DNA of 50,393 nucleotides from Pseudomonadota bacterium (GTDB lineage Bacteria; Pseudomonadota; Gammaproteobacteria; Pseudomonadales; UBA6940): NCBI GenBank assembly GCA_040386355.1, contig JAZKFP010000029.1, positions 1 to 50,393 of the forward strand, read 5' to 3'. Shown piece by piece: positions 49,723 to 50,393 of this stretch (position 1 is its first letter; each line of letters starts with the position of its first letter). The notes under the pieces were generated by a model. It saw only the letters and a program-made list of their open reading frames with translations, ran no database searches and was not told where the DNA came from. The position numbers and the translations under genes were made by a program.

Positions 49723-50393
49723 ATGAAAAACTTTAACTACTTATTATTGCTCATTTTCATCCATGGATTTTTTTCCTCAACAGCAGTAGCGCAGGAAAAA
49801 AATGCAGCGATGGTACCTTTGCCCTCAGTTGATGACTTCTCCAGAGGTGAAGATGGTTGGAGTTTAGGATTAGGCTTGGGTGTTGAATATGAAACCGCCT
49901 ACGAAGGATCGGACGAATTTGCAGTGGAAATTCAGCCTGCCGGCGGATTGCAATGGCGTAACGGCGACAATACTTTCTTTTTTGCCGGTGAAGCACTTGG
50001 CTGGCGCGGTGTTCGTGCGGATACTTGGTTGTTCGAGGCGCTCGTAGGTTTCGATGAAGGTCGTCAGGAAAGTGATTCCGACGACGGTCGATTGGATGGA
50101 CTCGGTGATCAAGATGAGGGTGCTCAACTAGTGCTGCAAGCGCGTCGCGCTTTCGATTCTGCTTGGCGCTACTGGCTGGTAAGTCGTGTCGTTACAGGTG
50201 ATAACGGAAACCTTGGACTATTTGGAGTCGGCCGCCGCTTCGGCGAACAGATTGACGGCACTGGTTCTGAACTTAATTTAGTTGCAGTAGTTCACGACAG
50301 CGAATACGCCAACACGGGTTTCGGTATAGATGCAGAGCAAGCAGCTTCATCCGGCTTAGATGAAACCACGCTGAGTGGTGGATTACGCTCAAT
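49723..50393 (+). CDS. MipA/OmpV-family outer membrane protein (3'-truncated by window; absent from ORF track)
   Basis: Open frame to the window end: signal peptide MKNFNYLLLLIFIHGFFSSTAVA, then GWSLGLGLGVEYETAYEGSDEF...GRQESDSDDGRLDGLGD. Confidence 0.78.
   Translation, partial: MKNFNYLLLLIFIHGFFSSTAVAQEKNAAMVPLPSVDDFSRGEDGWSLGLGLGVEYETAYEGSDEFAVEIQPAGGLQWRNGDNTFFFAGEALGWRGVRADTWLFEALVGFDEGRQESDSDDGRLDGLGDQDEGAQLVLQARRAFDSAWRYWLVSRVVTGDNGNLGLFGVGRRFGEQIDGTGSELNLVAVVHDSEYANTGFGIDAEQAASSGLDETTLSGGLRS

Noticed and set aside
49757-50127. Minus-strand ORFs 49757-49996 and 49870-50127
   Set aside because: They are antisense to the plus-strand MipA/OmpV-like frame that runs off the window.

Overview
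AT-rich gammaproteobacterial chromosome segment in three parts. (1) About 0.5-26.5 kb is an accessory region ending at the 3' end of a tRNA-Ile2(CAU). It carries a CDF transporter, LexA-boxed umuDC, toxin-antitoxin genes and orphans, Fic genes, IS481 and HipA remnants, and REP-bearing MITE-like repeats. Its most striking part is a cluster of four large eukaryote-like, effector-type genes: two paralogous ankyrin/coiled-coil proteins that both end in a CaaX prenylation box (CAVM, CCEIM), a RING-H2-like protein, and a 2,180-aa protein with three long hydrophobic segments. (2) About 26.8-37.4 kb is core genome on the minus strand: rpoN-hpf-ptsN-rapZ-npr-mgtE-rpsU-yqeY-dnaG-rpoD. (3) About 37.5-50.4 kb holds an IS5-family element, an IS30-flanked pair (CBM/ricin-lectin/cytochrome c/DUF1592-type protein plus a Tat-exported DUF1552 protein), SRPBCC, katG, a fourth Fic gene and a truncated MipA/OmpV gene. 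Each of the four Fic genes has its own distinct array of repeated operator-like motifs upstream. Family calls come from motif recognition by eye; no database search was run.
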